Of a DNA stretch of 64,000 nt, positions 53,482 through 64,000 are shown piece by piece. Position numbers and translations under genes: made by a program. Numbering within the stretch: the first letter of the stretch is position 1; each line of letters begins with the position of its first letter. The notes below the pieces were generated by a model. It saw nothing but the letters and a program-made list of their open reading frames with translations, had not been told where the DNA came from and did no database searches. Source of the DNA: Trichosphaerium sp. ATCC 40318 (taxonomy: Eukaryota; Protista; Tubulinea); assembly GCA_038496445.1 (NCBI GenBank), contig JALMLS010000299.1, forward strand, positions 202,311 through 266,310, in the 5' to 3' direction.

Positions 53482-53506
53482 CTGAAGTGTAGTCTCTTCG
53501 ACTCAT
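51059..53506 (-). CDS. Putative transcription factor: velvet/Rel-homology-like DBD + IPT/TIG + ubiquitin-like domain (copy 1)
   Basis: NLS PPRKRPK; YRLQIGQQPP..TVYKRIIKPYPVIML...ATFKKLKIL...FRLKFQL...SNVIQVYSHTQYL; IPT (GPPTGG..CVIFGSSF...VKFGD...IICTVP...ISVSNNGKDFS); UBL (VSQVKAAITGKKGIPPEKQYLSHNGRPLEDDKPLKHYNIRKGATLDL). Middle exons unresolved. Confidence 0.78.
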
Positions 53507-54643
53507 CTAAATTTTGCGTTAACGGCGTTTTCTCACCTCAGAGAAAACAACAAGAAAAGGTCGAAGGTTTTTTTCAGATTTTGTTTTTTTTTTGTTTTTT
53601 TTTTGTTGGGCATTAAAGAAATTAGTTTTGGAGGTCACAAAGCATCCTCCGACAGCAAAGAGGATCGGATTTATTGGCCAAACGCCACTTTCGTAAGTTA
53701 TTTTCTTTTCCTGTTTTGAATGACCAAAAACTAAAAACGTGTTGCTGGTTTTGTTAATCAAGCAGCAGCGAGAGACCAACCATCACTATGCGGTGAGTGC
53801 TATTACGGTTCGTACAAGTGGTGTTTGTTTGTAGTAGCTGTTCGAATACAAAATTTGTGCGTATGGCAACTTCGTGACGCGAAAATAGCGTGTTTGAGAG
53901 CGGAAACCAAAGGCTTGAGGAGAATTCTAAAGAGCTCCCACAAAACTTAGAAACAGTTTCAAAAACGCTATTCGCGGTATTTTTTACCTCGTTTTTGTGC
54001 CCCGTGGATGGTCTACGCTTGGATGGGGCTGCAAATAATAAGTTTTAAAAAAAAACAAAATAAGACTTAATCAGACCCAATTTTATGTTCTTTTATTGAC
54101 CTCAGCTAGCGTGGTGACCAATTGAAAGTGCCGGTAGCGCTATGAGTGATTGAAACAAAAAAAATTTAAAACAGAGTTTGGGTTAATGCTCGTTTTTGCT
54201 CAATGTGAACGATTGTGTGGCTCAACGCAGAGTACGTAATATGTACTGCAGTCTAGCCGCAGTTGTACGGTACGACCGTTACACCGCTTGTCGTTTATGC
54301 GGTTTTTGGGAGCGGACTAGGTGTACGGATTGTATTTGCTGGTTACTGCCGTTACTAGTGAAGTTTTGGTTTTTTTTTTTACACTTTACGCCCTTGATTG
54401 GTTCTTGCCGTATTAAGTTTTACGCTTATGTACACACGTGTCCCAATACCTTGAATACAATAAACGTATCCCTGGGTAGCGCGCTGCTTTGTTGTTGGTA
54501 TTTTTTTTTAGCAAAGACGGAATGTCAAAAAAAAAAAAGAAGAAGTTTTTGAATACACGTGGGTTTTTTTTTGTGGTAATTAATTACATTGTGGGTTTCT
54601 ATTTCTCCAAGAACTTATGGGCACATGCACTAAGCTTTTTTAC

Positions 54644-57580
54644 TCATTGGTCTTGTTCTTCTGTTTCGTCTGGTGTTCCGGATTGTGCGAGCCTCTTTAT
54701 GCTCTCCCTACGATGGTAAACGTCTGCGCCTGGAGGTCTTTTCTCGTTTGGCCTATCCGCTTGTCTTGCTTTTTGAAAGTCTCCAAGGGCTGAGAAAGGA
54801 TGTAAGCAAAAAAAATAATAGACAACAACAAAAAAAAAGAAAATGCGCGTGGTTTCGGCTTGTGGGTAGACTTACCAGAGTGTAAAGCCTCTTTTCCTTG
54901 CATTATTAGACCCTTTGGTAAATTTCCGGATGGGGTAAGTCCCTTTAATTTCACAATCGTTTCTCTTTCCTCCCTATACACCTTGATTAGCCAAATGGAA
55001 ATGGACTTTTCTTTTTAAAATAGTAAAGGGGTTAAAAAGTTAGGTAAGTACCGCAACACTGAGAAAACGCGCATCATACGACCCACAGTGCGAATCTTTG
55101 CTTTGATGAGTTCTTTTCGTTGCTCTGTCATTTCTTTGCGCTCCTATAGTTTGGGTGTAAGAAAATACAATTAGCGCGCACTTGAAGGAAAAGAAAGATG
55201 TAGAACAGGCCCAACGACAAAAAAAGGAATACCTTTTCTAGTTCTTCTTCTTTCTTGTCATCAACGAGGGCCAAAAACGAAATTAGCAATTCGCCAACTG
55301 ATTGAGCTGTTAGGAGGTAGGGTAGGGAATAGGAAATAGGAAATAGTGGAACAAAAAAAAATATCTCTGGGCACTTGCCTTTCTCTGCAACAAACGGAAG
55401 ACTCCAAGAAAATACGTCCATAAATCCGGGTAGCCAGTATGGGTGTTGTGTTTCATTAAATTGACGAATGTTAACAACATTGTTTTCATAGCGGAGGACA
55501 GCTGCCTGGAAAAACTGTTTAGGTAAAAGGAGGGTAATGCTTTTTTGTGTTCTATTCCATCAGACTTGCTCAATACCTTATTGTTGTATGCATCCAAATA
55601 GTTCGGTGCAGAAAATACTGTAATTAATGATGGGAATCCGTTTTCTTCATTTTTGCGATGCATTCGATACCCAGCGTCCTGAAAAAAAAAAAACCACATG
55701 TCACTATTGGCTCTTCTATTTTGTTTTTGTGATAAATTACCTGTGCTTCATGTGCGCGAATAATTGACAATAATCCATTTTCTTTTAAAAAGTCACAAAC
55801 AGCCCGATAACTAGTGGCAAATCAGTATTTAAGGTGACACAAAAAAACGGAGCTTGTAGGGGGGTGGTGTAATAGCAACCTTGGACTAATAAAAAACTCA
55901 CCTGAAACAATAAGAGCAACCTCTGACCTTGTTGAACTCAAAGTATTCGGCATTATCATCTGCAAAATCTTCCATAGGATCTGCCCAGAGCAAATCACTA
56001 CAAAACCGCACAAGGTTAGTTTAAATGGAGAGTAAACTACATTGCAAGTGAAATAATTTGCGTGTAAGTTGTTATTTAAACCAATTCAAAAGAGGTTAAA
56101 AATATGTTGCGCAGCAAGCTAGGAACACGTACCACATGGGGCCATTAGGTGGTGGCTCAATAAATCGGTCTAATTTTTCGATATCCTTTATCTACACCAA
56201 AGAGTAAACTGAGTGTGCATGGTAAAAACAATCTTCAAACAAGAACAACCAAGCAACGATGGGCATACCGTTTTGATTTCTGGCGAGATGCCACCGTGCA
56301 CACATAAAAATTGTTTGTTCATGATGGCTGCAAGGGGCAGGGCGTCAAAACAATCCATTATGGCGTCGTAGATTTGTTCGTCATACTTGTGGAGACCTAC
56401 CGCGAAATGAGTGTCTTTGAGCAGAAAGCAAAAAAAAAAGAAAAAGAAAAAAAAGCTTTCACGTGATTATCGTACATTCTTCCTTGAAGGTGAAATAATC
56501 TGTCAAATGGCGACACTCGTGATTACCGCGAATCATGAAGAACGTTTTAGGATAGCGTATTTTGTACCTTAACAAACGCGAGGTTTAGCGATAACGTCGT
56601 TGTCAAGCAATATATTAAAAAAAAAAACAAGGCGGGGGTAAAGGTTGGAGAAATCATAAATGAAATTAAAGGCTTCTGCATGTAAAAAAAAACACGTACG
56701 CGAAAAACAACAAGACGCATTCGCATGAGAAGTAACCTCTGTCAACGTAATCACCCAGAAAGAGGTACGTTGTATCTTTTGGATCGCCACCAATTGAAGC
56801 TGAGAACAATTGTAATAAATCGAAGTATTGACCATGTACATCACCACATACTAAAAAAGATGGACGTCAGTGGCAGCGCTAACCCCAAGAGCAACTGTTT
56901 GTGTGGACGGGAAGCCCAATGGCGAGCAACAACAATCAAAAAAAAAAAATCTGTTTTGTGAGGATTTTTTTTTTTTCAATTACTTTTTTAGCAGTGTAGA
57001 AAATAGGGCAATGCGGGCGAGATCATAAAAAAGAGCGTGCAACGCTGATTTGTAATTAAAAAAATGTGAGACAGCGCTGATCTCGCCGTTTTTACAAGCG
57101 TGTGATATTTATGGCGTTTTTCGCCTTCTTTAAATAAGCGACGTGCGCAGCGCTACATACCGAGCAAACGTACGCAAAATAATGATTTGTAAAAAAAAAA
57201 ATAAAACAAACAAAATTTGTATTGAGTGCGTTTTTGCTGGAAGAGCAGTAGTAAGGATTACCTGTAACAGGAGCTGGTACTTGCAACACGTTGGGTTCTT
57301 CTCGGTAAATGGCATGCACACTCTGTATCAGTTTATTGAAGCACTCGTCAGCTACGCGGCCTTCGCGCTTTAAGTGTTCTTTGAGTAATTCTGGGTCAGG
57401 CAGATCTGTTGCAGCATCGAATAGCTCCTCAGAAGTGAGCTTGTTCGTCGCTGGTGGCGGTACGCTCGTCACCACGCGTTTTGCAGGGTCACAGTGGCGG
57501 TATGTTTCGTACGTTGTTGTTTCTTTCTCCCCTTCGTCGGATGAGTATCCTGAGCTACTTTCTGAGTCTGACTCGCTCAT
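54644..57580 (-). CDS. PPP3C: Calcineurin A (PP2B catalytic subunit)
   Basis: [62 protein letters not shown], CaM-binding [20 protein letters not shown], autoinhibitory [16 protein letters not shown]. Confidence 0.97.
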
Positions 57581-57984
57581 TGTTGTTGTGTCAAACGAGA
57601 GGATTTGAAAATAACCAAAAAAAAAAAAAAACGGTCAATGTGCAGCAACAAATCAAAAAAAAAAAGGACAGACACCAAGCCCGTTGAAAATCGGCATTAT
57701 TCAAGCGACGGATATAAGCAAAGAGGTATCCGGCAGTACTACAGCACATTTACAGCGCCTTTCACAATAGTGATTGCCGTATCGTTCCGTTACACCGATA
57801 GAGCGATTTCTGTGCGTGCGCAATATTTCTGGCAAAATTACTCCAGCCGTTTATTTGTACAACAAATATTTCTGCATGAGTTGTGCCACGTGATGCTATA
57901 AACTTTGTAAACGGTTGCAGTAAAAGAAATTTGCTGTTCTAACATATTAAACCTTATTAGCGTTCAAACCACTTACAAAGTTAA

Positions 57985-59102
57985 GGGTGTTAGTAGATGA
58001 GCGTAATGTAATGACACACGACTACAGCAAATATCAACCCAAGAATTTTATCATTTTTATTCTTGTATCCATATTTTGTTTACAATGCAAAAAACAGAAT
58101 GACAAAACAAACTCAAATTGGACTATGGTTTATACATGTGATTGTACTTTCAAATATTCAAATAATAACAAAATAAAAATCTATTTGTCCATAACTTTGT
58201 TGATAGAGTGTGTAACAGGGCTGAAACTAAACAAGGCTTTGCCTTAAATATGAAGGCATTTTTTTAAAATCAGGCATTGATGGCAAAAATCAGGCATGCA
58301 AAAATGGCAATGCCTGATTTTGCAAAGGCAATGGCAGAAAAGGCAAAAATCAGGCATTGAAATAAGACTTTGTTGGGCAATGCCTTAATTGTTGCAATGT
58401 CTTGTTTTTTTTAGGCAATGCTTGCCCTAGTTTTTTTATGCATTGCCAGCCTTAAATTTACAGGCACCAATTAGGCATTGGTTGTGTACACCAGTAGTAA
58501 AATAGAAATGGGAATTTTTAAGTAATCCACCCTGTTTTCCTATGGGAAAAGTAGACGGAAAAACTCTTCCTTAATTCCCATTGAATTTATATGAAATTCC
58601 ATAAGTATTACTCATAGAATTCTTAGAGTATTACTTTTAAAATTGCATATGTATTTTATATAGAATTCTCTATGTATTCTTTATAGCATTTCTTAATGTA
58701 TTTTTTGTAGATTTCAATAAAAAATACTTTATAAATTACACAACATATTATTCGATACTTTGGTTCAGATTTAATGCAAAGTCATTTTATTTATTGATCA
58801 TTACAAAATACAAACATCCTAAATAATACATACAAGTTAAATACATCATGTCTTCATAAACGAAAGAAGTAATTTGATCACATTTGGTTTTGAGAGCCTG
58901 AACAATAATTAATGCATTTGTAAACACTAAATTAAGAACATGTAGGGTTTTTTGATAAATTAAGTGGAAATAAGCTTTAAAAACAACGTACTTGGAGTTA
59001 ATGCTTTAAATACATTCTTTAATGGTGTAATAAGGCTGTTGCAATGCTTTAATCATCCTAAAACAGATAAGTAAGAGATATTTATGTTTAAGTGATTTTC
59101 CA
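57985..59102. mobile_element. AT-rich segment resembling a DNA-transposon end/remnant at the duplication breakpoint
   Basis: Much lower GC than flanks; cluster of AATCAGGCA / TGCCTGATT and GGCAATG / CATTGCC motifs at about 58216-58480 beginning CAGGGCTG; no paired TIR or TSD found. Confidence 0.45.
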
Positions 59103-61524
59103 AACCACCGCGGAAAAGACCAAAGTTAGACCTCGAACTGCAAGATGACCCAGAATTCCAAGCTGTACGCAAATCAAATACCAAAATAATTTTTACTTCG
59201 CCTTTGTACAAAAAAAGACCCGCACGTCGCTGCAACCAAAAATAATATAAACTTGCAAGAAACGGACAACATAGAAAGAGATAACTCCTCAACTTTTTTT
59301 TTTTGTAACTGCTCTGACCTGGAGAATATAGATAAGAAAGTTGTTGCAACTCAAACACAGTCATGGTACTCACTTGGCAACTGGGCCACATCGCTACGAC
59401 AACAGTAGTAGGCAACGACGCAGAGTTAGGTACGTGTCACACTTCTGTTGGTTTAATATCAATCTTTTTTTTTTTTTTTCGTCCCAAACAATCAAAACAG
59501 AAAGCAAAACATCTATTTTACGCGTTAAAAATACCTATTCTGACTGGCTATTCCATGCAGGCGAGCGAGGTCATATTCAGGTACATAGAAGCTTTATACA
59601 CCGAAATTTCATTTCATTTGTTTTGTGCGCTAACTTTTGTGTTGCCCCTCCTATCAATGGTTACGTGAACTTGAAGAGTAGCGCAAATCCGCAAGAGAAT
59701 TTTTTTAGTGACGACAAGGACACGGATTATCAAGAAGAGACTGTAGTTAAGGCAAATATGCCATTTTTTTTTTGTTTTATTTTATATGCACAAAAGAGTA
59801 TCGGCTATTATCTTATGCGTGGAGTAGGAAGTTCCAACCAATGGCACGCCTACAAAGAAGCGGGGTAAAAAGAGAGTCAGAAGGAAGCCACGAAGTTCGA
59901 GCGTCATACTAAGCAGTAGAACTACACCTAAAAAGAAACCCTTCAAGATAAGCATGATTGCAAATCCGCATGTACCTCAGCCGCAGAGTGCGTGTTACAG
60001 CTCTTCGTATTAATGCTCCACTTGGAGTTTTTTCTTCCTTTCATTTTCAGCGGATGAGCTCTCAGTAGAAGCTGAGACCCTATCCCTCTCGCTATGTAAT
60101 AGCTTTCTTAAAGTATTTTTTTCTTTTAAAACTCAGGTGTGGAGATTAATTGTACTTATGTAAGTTGTAGATGGCCCGTTGAAGCCCCTCGCAGTAGCTA
60201 TGTACAGATTACAGATTGGCCAACAACCACCAGTGAGGACAGTATATAAAAGGATTATAAAACCTTACCCAGTAATAATGTTGATAGGCACGTATAAAAA
60301 AACTAACTTATTCTTGAAAGTTATATTCAAAATTTATGTAAGTTGCAAAATAGCTGATGCATTACTTAAGGGCCTAAGAAACCGAACAGCAATTTCTTTG
60401 TGCAAGCGTCTATTGTGCGTCAGGATTATTCGTGTGAGTTGTCTTGCCTTGATGGCCATCGCATTGTACCAGTTTTTAGCGGCGTGTGGGCTACTTTTAA
60501 AAAACTCAAGATATTGGCAACGATGCAACAAGTGCGTATAAACAAACAAACACAAAAAAAAAAAGACAACTGACTTGATAAAATAGGCTGGATGCCGAGG
60601 GTTTCGTCTAAAATTTCAGTTGAAAGAATTTGTAAAAGGTGGCGACACAATGAGACCGCTTCCTGGCGCTTGCACATACTCAAATGTTATACAAGTATAT
60701 TCACACACGCAATACCTATCTTCTCAAGATTCTCCAGCAATTGTAAATGATATAATACCAGGCACAGGTAAGAACTTTGGTAAAAACTACTCGATGCTGT
60801 TTTTTTTTTCTTTGTTGACAATGTGTTTTAAGGACCTCCTACCGGTGGTATCAAGTGTGTCATATTTGGTAGTTCTTTTTTGAACTCTAAAAAGTTGCGT
60901 GTTAAATTTGGAGATTTAAGTGTTCCAGCGTCGTTTCACGATCTGAACTCTATCATTTGCACAGTTCCTAAACAGCAAGGAGATGCTGCAGTAGTACCTA
61001 TATCGGTGTCTAATAATGGCAAGGATTTTAGCCCCTCCACAGAGATAACTTTTCGGTATGTGCGCTATCCGGACTTTAAGGTACTGGCCACTCCTAATTC
61101 GTTGGTTTCGCAAGTCAAAGCAGCGATTACGGGCAAAAAAGGGATACCACCTGAGAAGCAGTACCTTTCACACAATGGGCGACCTTTAGAAGATGACAAA
61201 CCATTGAAGCACTACAATATACGCAAAGGCGCTACTCTAGACCTCTCTGGCACGCCACTTGAGCCGCCACCTCAAGATGCAACGCTCTCTAGCACAGAGG
61301 GCTCGCAACGATCTCTAGTTACAACGCAGAAAGTATCTCAAGAAGAAAAGGTGTCCGATACAATGGACATTGATAGCGCTCGCACAGTTCGTGTGCTGGG
61401 CAACTCTATCCTCAGTGATAGCACAGATGACAGCAAGCCTGAAATCACGGCGTTTGCTGTGGATAAAGATATACTAAAAACTGAAATGGCGACAAATAAC
61501 ACAGCAGAGGACAAGCAAACGTGA
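59103..61524 (+). pseudogene. Copy 2 of the DBD-IPT-UBL gene, lacking promoter, ATG and first ~8 codons
   Basis: Homology starts at AACCACCGCGG (59103); upstream is unrelated AT-rich DNA; 2-nt deletion near 59236; 3' exons intact. Confidence 0.6.
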
Positions 61525-61640
61525 CGTTTGCACCAAAACGCAGAAAAAAAAGAGAAGGAACCTCGAGTTTGGCAGAGCGCTCTTGGGTTGTATTTTTTTT
61601 TTTTTCAAACATTTGTACAAAAGAAATTATAAATATACGC

Positions 61641-62868
61641 TTATGTCGGTACATCTTCCACAGGTTTGTTGAAATGATCTAACATTTGACCCACTACAAA
61701 GAAAAAAAAAGAGAATGAGAAATGTTTCAAAATCACATTGTGGCTGTTTTGTACCTTGTGTCGTGCCATGATTTATGTTTTTGTCCGGATTGTTATCTAG
61801 CCTGTACAATACTTCATATCGCTTTAAGAAGGGAAAGCACCAGTCGGCATCTAATTTTGCCAAAACAAAATTGTGTCGTTCTTTTGTTGGTCTACCGTCG
61901 TAGGCTATACCATCCATAGCTTCTTGTGCCTCCTTGTAAACCCGATCCTGTGTTAACCATGGTGTGTAGAATCTTGTTGGTTTTGTAAACAAATTACATC
62001 AATAATTTTAAAGCTTCACTCGCACCTCCTTACAGCCCACCTCTGGGTGGTGCGGTATTCTCCAAGAGAAATATATGGATTATTGGGCTTAGCCACTTGG
62101 CTGATGACATAGTCATTTTTCAGTACAAAATAAACCCAAAACAGCTTGACGCCTTTTCGAAGTGCATCTTGAGCTCCCTGTTGCAATGTGTCACTTAAAG
62201 AAAAAAAAAGAGGCAAGGCAGCTGAGCTGTTGCAGCTGGTTTTTTTGGCGCACATAACGGATATGATCATTCGGAAGCAATTGGATTTTGTGTTTCAACT
62301 TTTCTGGCTGTTTAACAATATATCTGTTAGTGTGCTTGGTCACAAGATGGCGTAAATATGTATGACGTACTGAAATCTCCTCAGCAAAAATGAAGGCTGC
62401 TTTTCTTATTTTACAACGACGTGAGTTTTCGTAGTTCATGAACCTATCAAGCTCTTCCTCTCCTTTCCTGAATGCGTCCTACTCGCGCTAAGTTTATTTT
62501 TTTTCATTGATTTAATTGTTGTCAGCTTTTTACCGCAAAATCAAGGGCTGCAATGGCCACTTCAGCTTTAATGTATGGGTAGTATTGCCTTTAGGCTTGT
62601 TAGGCGTCGAAACAACAGAGGTGTATGACAAAATTGCCTCATACCTGATGTTGTAGCGAGAATCGCACGCATCTAGTGTGCTCGTTACCCTTGGGGGATG
62701 TGAGAGTGTTTCTATTAGGGTGCTACATGCTATTACGCGTAAGACAGCTGTAATCGTACGCTACGCACTTATCCAGCCTGACAACACGGAAAAACCCAAT
62801 ATACCAAGCGTAGCATAGCCTCCATAGCGGTAACTGCGAGCGTACTTTCTAGTAAACAGAGACGACAT
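61641..62868 (-). CDS. Hypothetical TM protein (copy 2)
   Basis: Mirror of 49716-50943. Confidence 0.58.
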
Positions 62869-63128
62869 TTGCTGTGTTGTTGAAAGTATTTGGCACTTGC
62901 TGAAGTTACGCTTAAGACCAATTTAGACTTTTTTCTTTTATAGCTTGCAACCACGTGCTCGGTTGTACCAACAAACGTGATCTCACAGAAAAGAAAATTG
63001 CGGTATACTAAAGGGGTGGAGTTTTCTTTGTTATTTATTAATCTGACGTATAGCACTGGAAGAAAATAATATTGTACATGGTGCTGTAGATACAGTGGCA
63101 GCGATTAATGGACAACCTAGTGTTTTGC

Positions 63129-64000
63129 TTATGCGTCCTTTTCCATCTCCAAAAATTTGCTTTTTCTATTTTTCTCCATAGCAATCTCTTGCAAGTCCCA
63201 GAAAGGCTTGTTAGAGAGCTCTTCAAGCTCTCTTTTGACTCTACTCATCACGGATAGATTGAAGCCATATACGTCTTTGTACTCTCGGATTTGCGGTCTC
63301 AGAGATGCGTGGATAGACCTTAACACTTGCTCCATAGTTCTATTTGTTGAGATTTGGGTGTGGTTCTCTTTGAGAACATAAACAATGATGCGTGTGCACA
63401 ACTCAAGATCTTTCTTTGCTTTAACCCATTTCTCTAAGAAGCGTAATCAGCCATTGGAGTGTACAACGACAAGAAACGTACCTATGTATCGCAGTAATTG
63501 CAAAATAATGGAAAATGGAATATTAGAGATAGCTTGCTGGAGGTCAGCCAAGTTGACACGTTTTAAGCAGTATAGTAGGTACTCTGTAACGAGAAGTTAG
63601 AAGAAGAAGGTGAGACAATGGTATGAGATAAAAATGAGTAGTACACATACCTGATGGTGATTTGCCGAGTAAGTACACGTTAGGCGTAGGTTTTGCGGGC
63701 ATATCTCCACCAAACTCTTTCACACTCTGAGCTTCAATATTGTATGCCTAATTCGTACATGAGTTAAATTCTTAACGCTACTACTTCTTGACACATACTT
63801 CCATTTTTGCTCCTCTTCACCTATGATATCCATTGCGTCAAGGAGGGCTTCGCTAGATTTTATTGATGCAAGCGACGTCCGTACGGCATCACCGGATTCC
63901 TTTGAATCTGGCTAAACATAAAATTATGAGCTACCGCCATTTATGGATGAGTACTACAAGATAACGTACAGGCTTGAATCTGTCTTGCTTTTCTAATGTC
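63129..64000 (-). CDS. WDR3: 3' exons of a second UTP12/WDR3 copy (5' part outside window)
   Basis: Mirror of 48588-49463; identical C-terminal ORF translation. Confidence 0.9.

Larger units (their letters stand above)
59103..64000. repeat. Right arm of large inverted duplication (continues beyond window)
   Basis: Reverse complement of 48588-53481 with scattered substitutions and homopolymer indels. Confidence 0.97.

Noticed and set aside
320-57892. CACGTG E-boxes upstream of several ATGs
   Set aside because: The hexamer is also frequent in introns and exons; no promoter enrichment is evident by eye.
58238-58262. TGCCTTAAA similar to the 5' end of U12 snRNA
   Set aside because: It lacks the branch-pairing region and Sm site, and is part of the local repeat cluster.
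58216-58534. MITE bounded by CAGGG...CCCTG
   Set aside because: Only 5 bp of terminal match and no target-site duplication (GTGTGTAA vs TTTTCCTA).
1-64000. Alternative genetic code, CRISPR arrays or prokaryotic systems
   Set aside because: In-frame stops are explained by introns; TAA, TAG and TGA all terminate genes; no repeat-spacer arrays. Most short ORFs in the track are exon fragments or antisense shadows.

Overview
Gene-dense eukaryotic (protist) nuclear DNA, probably from an aerobic amoebozoan. That placement is inferred from an ABP34-like actin bundler, an ARM-RhoGEF and NDUFB7. I reconstructed about 25 intron-rich genes by eye. Most introns are 35-60 nt with a CTAAC/CTGAC branch point close to the AG, and many genes sit head-to-head 100-330 bp apart. 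Highlights: (1) at least five minor-spliceosome (U12-type) GT-AG introns, some with relaxed signals, and about ten GC-AG introns among an estimated 200-250 introns; (2) an inverted duplication of at least 4.9 kb (48588-53481 vs 59103 to the window end) around a calcineurin A gene and an AT-rich, transposon-end-like segment; (3) a duplicated transcription factor with a velvet/Rel-homology-like domain, an IPT/TIG domain and a ubiquitin-like domain; (4) a NECAP-PHear + BTB + BTB fusion gene; (5) a tRNA-Thr(CGT) inside a UTP12 intron. Gene models and family assignments come from manual splicing and motif recognition, not database searches. Homopolymer indels suggest long-read errors.
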